From assembly GCF_022539665.2 (NCBI RefSeq), contig NC_081331.1, positions 3,720,001 through 3,784,000 of the forward strand: DNA of 64,000 bases, given 5' to 3'. Shown piece after piece: positions 25,296-38,000 of this stretch. This stretch comes from Daphnia carinata (lineage: Eukaryota). The notes beneath the pieces are model-generated. The model was not told the DNA's origin. It did no database searches and worked only from the letters and a program-made list of their open reading frames with translations. Every line of letters starts with the position of its first letter. Within the stretch, counting starts at the first letter, position 1. The translations under genes were made by a program, and so were the position numbers.

Positions 25296-27058
25296 CTGCA
25301 TTTTGCTGCAAGTATATATATCCACTACCGCGCGAAAGAGGCGGCCAGCCGGGGTGGGCAGCAGACGGATGAGTGACAAGTGGTGTTTGGATAGGACCCT
25401 TCTCCGGCGTCCGAAAAATCTTTAGCTGAAAGCTTCTTCTTCCAACGTAGCCTGTACAGAGTTCATCTTCTATAGTTGTACCAGAAAAAAAAAAAAGAAA
25501 CTTTTCTTTCATTTTCAGAGTGTCTTGTTCTTCCTATGGTGAAGCCCTCAAAGCTTCTGCCCTTCGGCTGGGCTTGTCTTTCAAATCACCCGCTCGCGCG
25601 CATTCTATTCAAAACATTAAATTCTCTTTCCTTTTTCCTTTTGAAAAGGAAAATATTTCCCTATACCGCCCTGTAATATCTAAAGCCCGTCTTCTAGAAA
25701 TACAACGCAATTACTGTCCAGGATGAGGCATTCAACATCAAACGTCAGCCGTCCCTGTCTCTCACAGCCGACAAATTGGAATACAAAACAAAATAGAAGA
25801 GGGAAGCACGCAATAACCTATGTGTGTCAGCAGGGTAGAGTCATCGTCGCTCGCGCAAGTACCTCGCGCGCACGTTGACATTCAGGAAGAAGAAAAAAAA
25901 AGAAACAAATAATTGCCCGCCGTTTGAATATAATTATTTGGCAGACCAACGGGGCGTATACAGAAAGAATGAAACGACAAATGGCGGAGTGAATTGAAAC
26001 GGAGCTTGAACGAAACTCATCGATGAATCTGTCGCCGACGAACTTTGTCAATTGGGTGAACCATTTTTAGCGTGCGCCATTTTTAGCGCACAAATGTTTC
26101 AAGTAGTGCTCCGTCTTTTGCACTATGGGTTTCTATTTCTATTTTTCTTGATTGGCTTCCGCTTTCGTTTGGTGCTGATGCGATTCCTGATTCTGATAAA
26201 AGCAACACTTGCAGCTTGAACAAATAGATCAAGAACTCCTCCAACCATTCCTGGAAAAGAAAGTCACACAAGATAAAAAAGAAAAAAAACCAAACCAAAA
26301 GAATAAAATAAAAATTGTAAAAAGGGAAAACCAAAAACACATATCGTGTGGGCAAGGATACAGTGCCATGGAAGACACAGTGCGTCCTTCGTATCAACTT
26401 CGTTTTTCCACGTTATCTCGAAAAGGAGGAGTGTCTCCGTCATTTACCCATTTGTCAAAATGACTGCAGGAGTTGGGGGGGGAAGAAACCATATCGTTCT
26501 TTATTTATTTATTTATTTTTTCTTACCGCATAGCCCTTCTATAAATACATTTAGACTTGACTGTCTTGACGGTGACCCTGCGATTACGCACAAACCGGCA
26601 GAGGACTATTTATATGTACACACATGTTGAACGTTGCATATATATTTCACAAGGCTGTTCGACTTGTGCATGCCTTTAAAAAAAAAATACATCACACAAA
26701 CTTACGCGAGAATTCTGAAGAAAAAAAAAAAGAAAAAGAAAAAGGCCACAGGAAGGAGACTGTTCATAAATTAAGGCGTCGCTCGCTGTACGTTATAGAC
26801 TGTAGAGACCAACAATCAGATAGGATCGGAGTGCGCACCAGCGGACACGGGCCGAACGTCTTTTAAGAATGGGAAGCCCCAACTTTCCTCTTTCTCCCCC
26901 CCCCCCCCCCCGCCTCCTTTGGATAATTAGACGATAAGAAGAAGAAGAAGAGAGAGTTTAAAAAATAAAAGACGACCTACAGTATGTATTCGTGTCCGTA
27001 TGGATAATTATATAGGCTCCCGAGCGATAGGCCGCCGACGCCGCTTTCTGTGTGTCCG

Positions 27059-27061
<3 letters not shown>

Positions 27062-27110
<49 letters not shown>
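27062..27110. repeat. (TC)n microsatellite / GAGA tract
   Basis: Seen directly, one interruption. Confidence 0.95.
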
Positions 27111-27111
<1 letters not shown>

Positions 27112-30100
27112 CAAGTGTGTGTGTGAATTGACGGCCCATAAATTCCATTGTCACCTGCCTTAACGGCTAGTCGTACATCATTCGGACTCAATCAGATCAA
27201 TGGGCAATTGCCGAGAAAACAAGAAACATTGGGATAGACCCGACAGACGTTTTCCCCTCTTGTTTTTTTGTTGAAAACAAAATAAAAAGGAAAGGAAAAG
27301 ACAACGTGTCCATAAAAAGATGCTAAATAGGCGATTCGGTCAATTTATTATTTTGGTTGTATACAAAACACAAGACACGTCTAAACCCTTTTTTGTTCTA
27401 TTGTTTCTCCGGTTTTTTCTTTTACCCGTTTGTGTGTTGTGGTGGGCGCGGAGGAGTTTCTTTCGCTGTTGTTGTTGTTGTCGTCGCGTTATTTACATCG
27501 GAATAAGAAGTTTTTTTTTTTAAAAGGAGTGAGAAAGAGAGAGAGAGAGAGAGAGAGACGAAAGAAACAAGCTACACAGACACACGGGCGAAATGGCATG
27601 CTGATGCGGATATACACGATGAGAGACAACAAGTCCCGCAACAGGCGTCCACCGGCAGCCGTTTCGAAACCGGCGCCAAAAAAACAAACAAGAACAACGA
27701 AAATAATAATAAAAGAAAAAAGACAGGGAGAAAAGGAAACAAAAAAAGATTGCATCCGCTCCTGCTGCGGATTGCCGTTACTTACCAGCTCATTATTAAC
27801 CATAAAGAACCATTCTGCCATCGCTAGTTCGGTTGTCTTTTTGTCTGTCTCTTCAAAATGCATGTCGTTTCTTGCTGTTACAAGAGTCAACGTATTAGCC
27901 AAGCTGATTTCCAATTCTATTTTCATGTCCCACAATAGCTACTGGTGTGATATGTGTACAGAAGTCGTTAACTGTAGCTTTTGTTTTTCCGGCTCGTGGA
28001 CATGGATTTGTTGAGCTTTGGATTTTATTTTGAGGGAAAGAACGTTTCGAATAAATAACCAAAAAGGGTGTTGGTAACGTACTGGCAATGGGTGACCTCT
28101 CAACAAAAAAAAAGGAGGAATAAAGAAAAGAATAAGAAAAAGAAGAAATAAAAATCTAGGGGAATGATGAGGTCAACTGTAGGATATTTTACCTTAACCA
28201 CAACCACCCTCTCTCTTTCTTTCTCTCTCTCTCTCTCCAGAATTTGTGTGTTCCAAAAGAGTGTGTATACATTCCTCGGACACTCGAATTCTCCAGGAGG
28301 TTTCGACTTTGGTCTCTTCACCCCGAGCTCTTCTTCTTCTTAAAAAAAAAAACTTCTCAAGTGACAAGACAAAAAGAATGAAGAGAGTGAGAGAGAGAAA
28401 GAGAGAGAGCGGAATGAGAAAGTTTCATCTAGGTGGTTGAAAGCGTAGGCCTAGGCGAAAGGTATTTTCAATTTGAATAGTACTCCACTCTTGTGTTGAA
28501 ACGGGTTAACCAGTTATTCCCCTCCCCTTCGGTTATTAAAACGAAGAAGAAAAATATTCATAAATAACACTAAGCAGCTAGAGAAATAGAAGGCTTTTTA
28601 ACAGCCATAAGAATTTAGCGCGTTTGAACGGTAGCTAATGTTTTTTTTTCTTGTTGTGGGTGTGTGTGTGTGTGTGTGTGTGCCTTTCAAATGTGAAGCT
28701 CAGTACACTCATACATCCCGAAAATAACCGAAAAACATCACGACGAAACAGCGGAACAATTAGTCAGTATAGCAACTGGGCTGCCGTAAATATATCCAGC
28801 AGAAAAAAGCAAAAACAAAACATCTGATATTCCGTGCTAGCACATTCATCTTTCACCTCGCCCACTCGTTACCTATTTTACATTTATTTTATTTTTTCTT
28901 TTACTGCTATACGCTTCTCTAGATATACTCTTATATACTGTACAGTTCCCCATATTCTTGTTGGGAATTGGTTCCAGCTGGTCGAGTTCATTCTGTCAGT
29001 GCGTCGTTTGCCGAGGGAGTTAGCGACACGAAAACCCCCAGCCAAAATTAGCTCATCCAACTTTGAAACACGAAAGAAAAAAAAAAAAACGGAGAGGAAG
29101 AGAGAGAGAGAAAAAAGAAGAAGAAGAAAAAGCGTTCAAGAATAATCTACATAATTCCGGGTGGATAAGCCTGATGGAATGCATAATACAACATTTCAAG
29201 CTTACGTGTAATTCACTGCCGCATGTATAGTAATAATACAGTCTAACTGGCTCGTTTACAAGGATTAGTTCACCGTTTCAGCGTCAAGCTTTCAATCCAT
29301 TAGCGTCGGTCTCGAGCTCTAGTCCCTCTAAATCGTGCAGCTAAAACAGTAGACGCGTTGCATCTACAGCAGAGAAACAAAAACGACATTGAGAACATGT
29401 TAGAGGGCTTCTTCTTTTTTTAGTTTCAATGTCGAGTTGAGCGTTTGATGAACGACCGTGTCCCGAACGAATGGGCCTCTGCGCTTTGGCACACCTGCTC
29501 CGGAGTTTATCAAATGACAATTTTCTCTATTGACCCTTCTCCTTTAACTCAGAGTAAACAAAACAAAACTCGTTATAATTTCATTTCTCTATTTTATAGC
29601 CAACTCCCAAACAACGGACGAATGTAGAAAATGAAAACAAAACATTTAACGGAAGGAAATGTAAAGGTGGGAAACGGTGGGCGAAACGCGGGAGAGTTGC
29701 GCGTCACAGTTTAATTACACAGACACCACTCGTAGTATTATAACAAATGTGTGCCTATCGCTAACCGAATGGTGCAGTTAGATACACGCATGTAGTATAT
29801 ACGCACACCTACACACACACACACACACTTGTGCATGTATGTAGCCTATAGGAGTTTCCACCTATTTCTTTTTTAGGGATCACCTGTCTGTTGCTGTGGC
29901 TAATGTTTGTGTTGCCTGGGCTCGCCTGGAAACCGAGCGAAATGGGCTCCACCTGTCTCCTTTCACCTCCTCTGTGTGCATACGTGAACACGGGGGCTCC
30001 CTTGCCTCCAAACATCACGGATTATGTACACATATACGTAGCTCTGCTGTATTCATTTAATGCACGCAAAATGATGGGCAAAGTCCCAAGAAAAGTTGTG

Positions 30101-33100
30101 CGTTTTTTTAAGAAAATGTTATCATTTCACGTTGTTTGTGTTACGGAACTGATGTAGGAAATGCCAATGAGGCTTTAATGCGGCCTTTAATGCTTAATGG
30201 TCGGGACCAGTGGGGGGTACAGGGGAGATCCCGGACCCTAATTTTTCTTCTTTTTTATTCCGGAAAATGAAAGTCTAACTGTTACAACGTCAAAGAAATA
30301 GAAGAAGAAACGTGCTGGAAAAGTGGAAAGCTGAACTAATGTGACGCACAGACACTGAACACTAACGTCATTCATCAAAAAGACTTTGCGTTTAAAAAAT
30401 TTAAGCTAAACCGGGACCGACAGCCCTTGAATTCTAACCCATTATTTTATTTTTTTTGTTCTCCTCACCCGAACCCGCCAATCCCCTTTTCATTTATTAT
30501 CTTCATTTCGGCTCTTCTTCTTCTTCGTCTTCTTCTTAACGCTTTAGAAACTTTTGTTTATAACATTGACGCCAGTATGTAAATGGAATTTTACCTTTTT
30601 TTAAATGTGCATCTCGCTGCCACAGGGAAATTGAAATTCGTTCATTCAAAAATAAAAAATAGAAGGCCTTCTGTTCCTGTTTGTGTCTGTTCTTCTTTTT
30701 GTTTCCGGTTAAATGGCTGCGCGCGGAAATAAACCGGAAGAGTCACGGTCGATCATATATGTAGACACATGCACAAACACAGAACCGATGTTTGGTTGCT
30801 ATGTTAATGTTTTTTTTCTTTTGCTTCTGCCTCTTCCGGTTTACCGGTTCCGACTAATACAGCGAGAGAGAGAGAGGGGGGGGGGGGGGGCATACCCTTG
30901 CATTCACGCTGTCATTCTTCCTCTGTTCTACCCAACCTCTTTCGTCTGGTTTCTTTTTTTCTGTCCGTCTGTTGCAACATTCTGTCCCTATTCTATCTAC
31001 TCACTTGCCGCTATAATATCCGAGCAATAACAATGAGCGAGTGTAATGAAACACCTGACCGTTCCTATTTGCACCTGTCTAGCAGGTTTTTATATGCATA
31101 CGCCTGATGTGGCTGCCGGTCCCGTGTCTCTCTGTGTTTGTGCGTGCGTGCCAAAAACAAAAGAGGGATGGAAGGAAGATAGGCAGAGAGAAAAAGAAAA
31201 CCCAAAACAAAACAGGACAGACGCGCCACGTAACCAAACACGCGGATGATGTAAAAAAAAAATAAATAAATTGAACAAACAAAAATTCAGGATCAAAACT
31301 TCCGCATTTATCCAAAAAGCAGCAGGGGAGGAAGCCAGCGCCGATCAAGTGCCGGGTAGGAGGTGAGAGAATTATACACTGTAGTTTCGTGCGTGCGATT
31401 TTGTCGGTTGTAACATTCCTTCCTTTTTTCTTTTCTACGTTTTTTTTTTTAAAATTATGTTTATTTCTATTGCACTAAAACTATGCAAAAACCAAAGGGA
31501 AAGGTGGGAGAAAACAAAACAAACACAAAAAAATGTGTGGGGGATTTGACATCTACAACCGGTGAGTGCATGTCACAATAAAAACTTGGCTGGTTATGGA
31601 GTTTCCTTATTTTTCAATGTGATCACTTTTTTATTATATTTGATGGTGATGCGTTGGAACTAAAGAAGAAAAAAAATCAGAAAATGATGATGACGACCAA
31701 AGGTATAATGGCCAAAAAGAAAAGAAAGAAAAAAAAAATGAGGCTACATCATTACAAGACATATAAGGCCGTCTTCGTGTGACTAAGGTCACCGTCTCCG
31801 GGCTGCGAGTTAGTCAGAGGAGAAAGAGGAAGTGGCTTATATAATAACAAATAACTGTAAGACACACCGTTGCAAGTGGATGTAACAACCTTTCGAGCCC
31901 TTTCACAAGAAGATATTTCTTTTTCTCGCCGGACTATATGGCACCATTAGACGTATAACAGTTTTTTTTTCTTTCCTTTTTGGTTCTCTCTCTCTCTCTC
32001 TCTCTCACCTCCGTTTGAAGACATTCCTCTTCCTTTTGGTCTAGAACTATTTTCTTCTTCAGTTTAGTACCTGCGACACTATCTCATACAAACGTACACG
32101 GAGCCGATAAAAAAAAAAAGAGGGGAGGGGGGGGGGGGGTGACTCGAAAGATATTTCGAATTGTGACGCATCATTGGATTCAAACAGGTGTGTCTCGGGC
32201 CAGTTTTTGTACATCGATAGATTTCTCTGGAGCTCCAAACGAAATGGCCAAATACGTTGCAGTGGACAACTATATATAGGAACCCTTCAAAATGGTTGGT
32301 GTAGATCGATTTTCATGGCCCATCAACTCGCGTGAATTGGAAAGGCGGACGCAGCCTTGGGGCTGCGAGATAAGCGCGAACTGCTTTGACGAAGAACCTG
32401 TTGTTTGCCTGCAAAAATAATATTCACGCGTGTACACGCGCAGCGGGCGTCAAACGGGAAGGACCGAAATCATGTCTACCTCTATGATGGTTTGTAAAAC
32501 ATTCTGAATTTCAAGCGGAACCCCATATATTTTAGTTTTTTCAAAAAATTATTATTCGATTCAATTATACTTTATGGAATGACTTATACAAGATCGTCGT
32601 GTTTTTGTTTGCGGCTACAATTCACGCGCGATATAACCCTCGCCTAACCGATGGGCTTAATCTATGCCACACTTGACGGCCCATATTTTTCCTATCAAGG
32701 TGAAATAAAATGGAGAGAAAATCTCTATAAAATACGTATAGTGTACGTATATAAATAAAACATCTACTCAGTGTGTAGTATACTATATCAATCGAAGAGA
32801 ATAGATGGCCACAAGAATTATTATTTTTTTTTTTTTAGATACAACAGGTTTCACTTTTTTTTTTGGCGTGCAATATAGAGGCCGGTGTTGATTGAACAGC
32901 CATTTTCGGAATAGAACAAAACAAAAAAATACGATTTATTGTATTGAACGAGGAAGGTCTTTTCTTTTCAAAGATACCAAGTGATTCTTTTATTCGATTA
33001 CTCCTTGCGTTCCTGCGTTATTTATTGATTTATATTTTCTGTTTGTGTATTTTCTTTTTCTATTATTTTTAGAGGCGCCTCTCTTGCGTGACGTATGAAT

Positions 33101-34198
33101 TCGATGCCGCGTGCTGAAAGCACCGCGCAACACGCGGTGGGCGTGCAATGAATTTCATCTGCTCCTACATATCTCGGCTGCAACTAAAGAAAAATAACAG
33201 ATTAAAAAAAAACACAAAACAAAAAAAAAAAAGATGCCATCTTGCCCTCCTCCTTATCTTTTTCTAGCACTTACATCGTGATGAAAATTGGAACAAACTA
33301 TCAAGGTTGATCGGCCCGTTTTCCCGACACGTCGGCTTTCGATTCCGTTGCGCGGATAAATCAAACACAAAGACGGTCAATCACGTTATTGTTTATGCTA
33401 CGCAATCGATGCCGCTGCGTGCCAGCCAGGTCATGCCCGACGATGGCGTTTTGGGTGCTATTTCCGCTTTTCTCCACGACGCCCATCCATCGTTTCGTGA
33501 GTGAAGACGCCACAGTCGTACATACACAAAAGAGCCAAGCGTTATGCAACAGGACGCAAACGAAAAGAAACTATAGCTGTATCAGAAAACAAAAAAAACT
33601 TTCTCCATAAAACACGGCCAAACGTATAGCGCACAATCAAGCGGGAAAGACTAAGAAAAAAAAAAAAAAAAACTTGTTTCTTTCTCTTTTCTTTTCACTT
33701 TGCGTCTTCTAACTCCCCCATTTCCCAGATAGGCAGACACACGTAAGAGACCATCCAGCAGTGTTGGGGCCTTGTTGATTATTTATTAGTTCGTGTTGGG
33801 TGTTGACTTCTTTCACCTCGCCGGATCATTATGTTTCTTTTATTATATATTTTTCAAAACTTTTTTTTTTTTCTAACACACCTCCTTCGTTCGGCGCCCT
33901 TCTCTTCGAAACTCTCTCGGCCATTTTTTTTTTCTATCCTTACTACCCATCGTTATATGGCCTACCCCCCTCCGAACTCGTTTAACTGTCCATTAAAACC
34001 TATCGGCGATGGTTGGTGTTGTGTGTCTATACACAAGCCGTTCATCCCAAGAAAGAAAAAGGCAGCTCCGGCCGAAACGGGCAAAAGATATTAATGGAAG
34101 AAGATGCTCGAGCACGGACGTTGAGGGGGTCAGAACGCAACGGAAAGAAAAAAAAAGGGCCATCCACGACAGGAATGAAAACAAGAAAATAGATAGAT

Positions 34199-34200
<2 letters not shown>

Positions 34201-34233
<33 letters not shown>
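34201..34233. repeat. (AG)n microsatellite / GAGA tract
   Basis: Seen directly. Confidence 0.95.
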
Positions 34234-34240
<7 letters not shown>

Positions 34241-34903
34241 ATAAACGTTTTGCTCGAATATCTTTTTACGATTTGGGAAAGTCATCGTAGACCACATACG
34301 ACGACGGCGACTCGTCGACGAAGGCGGGATATATTTTTTCTTTTTCTTTTTTGCTCTTTATATTTTGTCTTTTTTTTTTTTTTTTCTTTTTTCTTAAGGG
34401 AGAAAACAAATTCCTTTTCCGGGGCAGCAGCAGCAGTTTGTGAAACGTTTTGCATAAGCATGTCATCACGATCATTAAAAATCGAATCTCTGCCGTGTTC
34501 GTGTGTTATGTGCGTCTAAATTCTGAAGAAAAATATAAAGGTCTTCTGGACGCGTTATTGAGAGAAACAATTTCGAAATGCCTTAATGTTTTTCACGAGA
34601 GGCCATTTGGCCCAATGTTACGGATAACTCCTGTTCTATAGTTCACCATTGATTTGCGAATATTCATAATTCTAGATCTTGCAGTAATCTACATTCAAAT
34701 AATGAAGGCATTACCTACTTGAGATTTACTGCGAACGAGTTATCCAAATTCAAAGTGACTGTACTGACAGCGCTTTGATTCCGTTTTGTGTAAAATTTAC
34801 ATAATTAAATGGGGAAAAAAATATTCTATTCGAAATCAGCATTGAAATTATGATATAGCAGATGAGGTTTCATCGCATTCCATTTGCTAACCGCTTTTCA
34901 CAG

Positions 34904-35073
34904 AAAAGTCGGGCTTAAAAAGTCGGGCTTAAATTCGGGTGAATTTTTTTTTTTGCAAACATCGAAATGTAGCAAAACTATACATGACTTCGACTCAAAA
35001 TCAAACGAGGATCACGAAAATGATTCTTGTTTTTATGAGAGATTCATAGTTTTTGAGTTATTCGAATTCAAAA
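34904..35073 (+). repeat. Diverged interspersed repeat, copy 1 (probable non-autonomous DNA-element relic)
   Basis: About 110 bp align by eye with 49413-49523, including an identical AACGAGGATCACGAAAAT (35004-35021). Preceded by tandem AGTCGGGCTTAAA x2 (34907-34933). Confidence 0.65.
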
Positions 35074-38000
35074 TGGCTGTGCTATTGCCACTGTTATCCC
35101 GTTTTGCCAACACATCTACATAATTAACGTGAAAACCAATTCCGTAGAAGTACAGACAAAGTAACAACATAACAGACATGCTAACATTCCGTGCAAAAAT
35201 GTGTAACATTGCTTGGCGTGTTATTCCATAGCTAGCCAACAATGAAACAAAAGAATGTGATTTACATTAGCTTTTAATGAAAGCGATTAATCAACATCAT
35301 TTCACGCCGTTAATACCAGCGCTACACGTACATGTCTTTCCCCTATTTTTTTAACCAGTTCAAAATCTGCCGATACACGGAAAAACGCACGCCCATCCGT
35401 GCTGCGTCTGAACGAAACGCGGCGTGCGGCAAATCGGCCGGTACGCTCGTTTCCGTATCAAACCGCAAAACAAAAAAACAACAAAAAAAAACACTCCCAT
35501 TCCAAGAATCGAACGGCATCAGACGATCAAGATCCGTACAACATTTCATTTTATTGATTTTTTTTTTTTTTTTGCTGAGAAACGCACCACCCCCCATTTA
35601 TCCCGCGAGCCTACAACGCAACAGGCGTTTTTCTATTTTATTTCTTTGTTTTGTTATTCCGTTAGATTTTTTTTCTTTTCTCAACGATACAAAACCACAC
35701 ACACACACACAATATAACGAATAACACAGAGTGTTTCCCCTCAGCAGGTATTTTGTAACGACTGTGTAACCGTAACGCGATCGAACATAAATAAAAAAAA
35801 AAAACCGCATTCCACGTAACCGATTGCGGGATTTACGCATTCCCACCATAGTTACGCGTTTGCTAAACGACCGATTGGAATGTTGATCCGATTCTTTCGG
35901 ACGTCATCGACCATCCTTGTATGTAACCCATGGTCAACTGTGCAATCGATGATGTCACAGGGAAAAGAAGGTTACCATCGTTAGAGGATTATCGATTTTT
36001 CCTTATAATTTTGGAAAGCCTCTGACATTGTTATCTCACTCCGGATGCGGATAAACTTTTGGTGGAATTATTTCACCAAGAAAAAAATATATATATAATA
36101 AAGAGAAAACTGGTCATTGCATTCCTGACAGCGATAGGAAGGATGGCGTGTATAGAGGGAAACAACTTGATCAAACAATTCGGTGGTCGATTTCAACGGC
36201 GTTGGATTCCGATGGCCGGGCTAATGTTGTTCTATGACGATGGGATTTTCGCTCGCTGCCTGAACAAATAGAAAATATACCCAATCCGATAAGACGATGA
36301 TGGGTTTAAAAAAAATATATCCATAGCCGATCCAGCGCAAGTGAGGAAATACCAGTGATGTTTTTGTTTCTTTTCAGGCGCTGCGCACTTGAATTTGACA
36401 TTTGGAACTTTGATGGGTCTGCGCAGTTGCTGGTTATTTATCGCGCTGTGTTTATGTAAGCAAAATCATCAGAAAATGAGACGGGACGTATGACCTCCTG
36501 TTTGAGGGGGGAACTTCTTGCCCATCCGACCGGAAACGGGCCGCTTAAAGGAAAGTAACCCAAGACATCAGTCAATGAGATTTGTTCGCACAGGCGGATG
36601 GACTGGAACAATAGCGACAACGGAAAAAAAAAACAACTTTGGAAGTGCAGTTGTTCTTTGCTGTTTTTATTTTTAATTCGCGATGGACCCCCAGCAAAAA
36701 AAAAAAAAAAGGCGGAAAAGGCCCTTGAAAGACGTCTTTTCTTCTTCTTCAAACGGAAATAAAACTCCCCGCGTCTCGCCCCTTCGAAAAACCGGTCGAA
36801 GAAAACACAACAGAGAATGAAATTTAGGAGGATGACGGGGGGTTAAACAAACGCCTCTTACCGCTCTTCTTGAAAATAAATCAAACCTTGTTTTTTTTTC
36901 TTACTAGTCGGTGGTAAAAAAAAAAAAAATTGTAAAAAGAGTAAGCGAACTTGTACCGACGACATAACAAAACGGGGGGAAAGAGCACACAAGGAAAATA
37001 AAAAATTCGAGTGTTCCAGTCGACAAGAAAAATGGTGCAGCTGCCGCAGCTGAAGACACTTTCATAGCTATAAGGTATCGCTGTTAAAAAAAAAAAATCC
37101 CTTACGTCGTCTTCTTACAACTGGTCTATTTTAGATGATTCTCACTGTCCGACACAAGTTCCAGAATCTCCTGTTTTTTTTTTCTTTCAAGGGTGAATGT
37201 GCTTTATTAGTTTCTATACAAGTGATAAGAGTAACATGGGAATAAAATGAGACCAACAAGTACGACACAAAAAAAAAATTAGATCCCACGGAATATAAAT
37301 CAGTGCAGTGCGCATGAAAGGAGAAGCAAAAGAAAAAGCAAAACACCAGCTCACCCTGATTTGGTGAGCAAATCCCCCCTCTCTTTATATGTAGGGTAGA
37401 TCTCACGTGTACTTTGCTATATATGGAGCAAATGATTTATCTAATAAAACGAGGAGAAGACAGGAGAGGGGGAACTTATGTGTAACAAACCGACAATAGT
37501 CGCAGAACTTACAGGGAGTCTGCGTGTTGCTCTAGATCATCCCTCATCCCTCATCCCCCCCTGTGCTCTCGTTTTTGTGACTCTCTTTCTTTCCCCCCTT
37601 CTATCTTATACGCGTCAACTATTGAAACGGTGTATAGACAATCGACGTCTATCAGCGTCCTGGGCGTCGCTGTGCAACCCCTCTTTCTAAAACGATCCCA
37701 CGGTCCTTTATATATATATATGTATATATATATTTCTCCTCATAGAGATCGAACCTGCTTTCCATCAGCCGGTGGCTGCTGGTAGCTGGTGTGTGTGTGT
37801 GTGCACTATGTGCTTCTCTTTTGAATCGAAAATACAATAACTTTTTTCTCTTTCAGAGGGTGCCCTCCTGTTCTTCTAGTTTTTCATTACCATGCGCACG
37901 TAATACGGCGTCGTGGGAAACGATCTAGTTCAGTCACAAGGTCTCTTCGATCGCATGTGACTCGAATGGTTGATTTAGTGTGCGAATTGAGCATTGGATC

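Noticed and set aside
27430..28040. Overlapping 194-aa (+) and 148-aa (-) ORFs; minus-strand CTG|GTAAGT donor at 27785
   Set aside because: Half of each ORF is microsatellite or homopolymer. The minus frame has an in-frame TAG just upstream and no recognisable homology. GTAAGT hexamers occur several times by chance.
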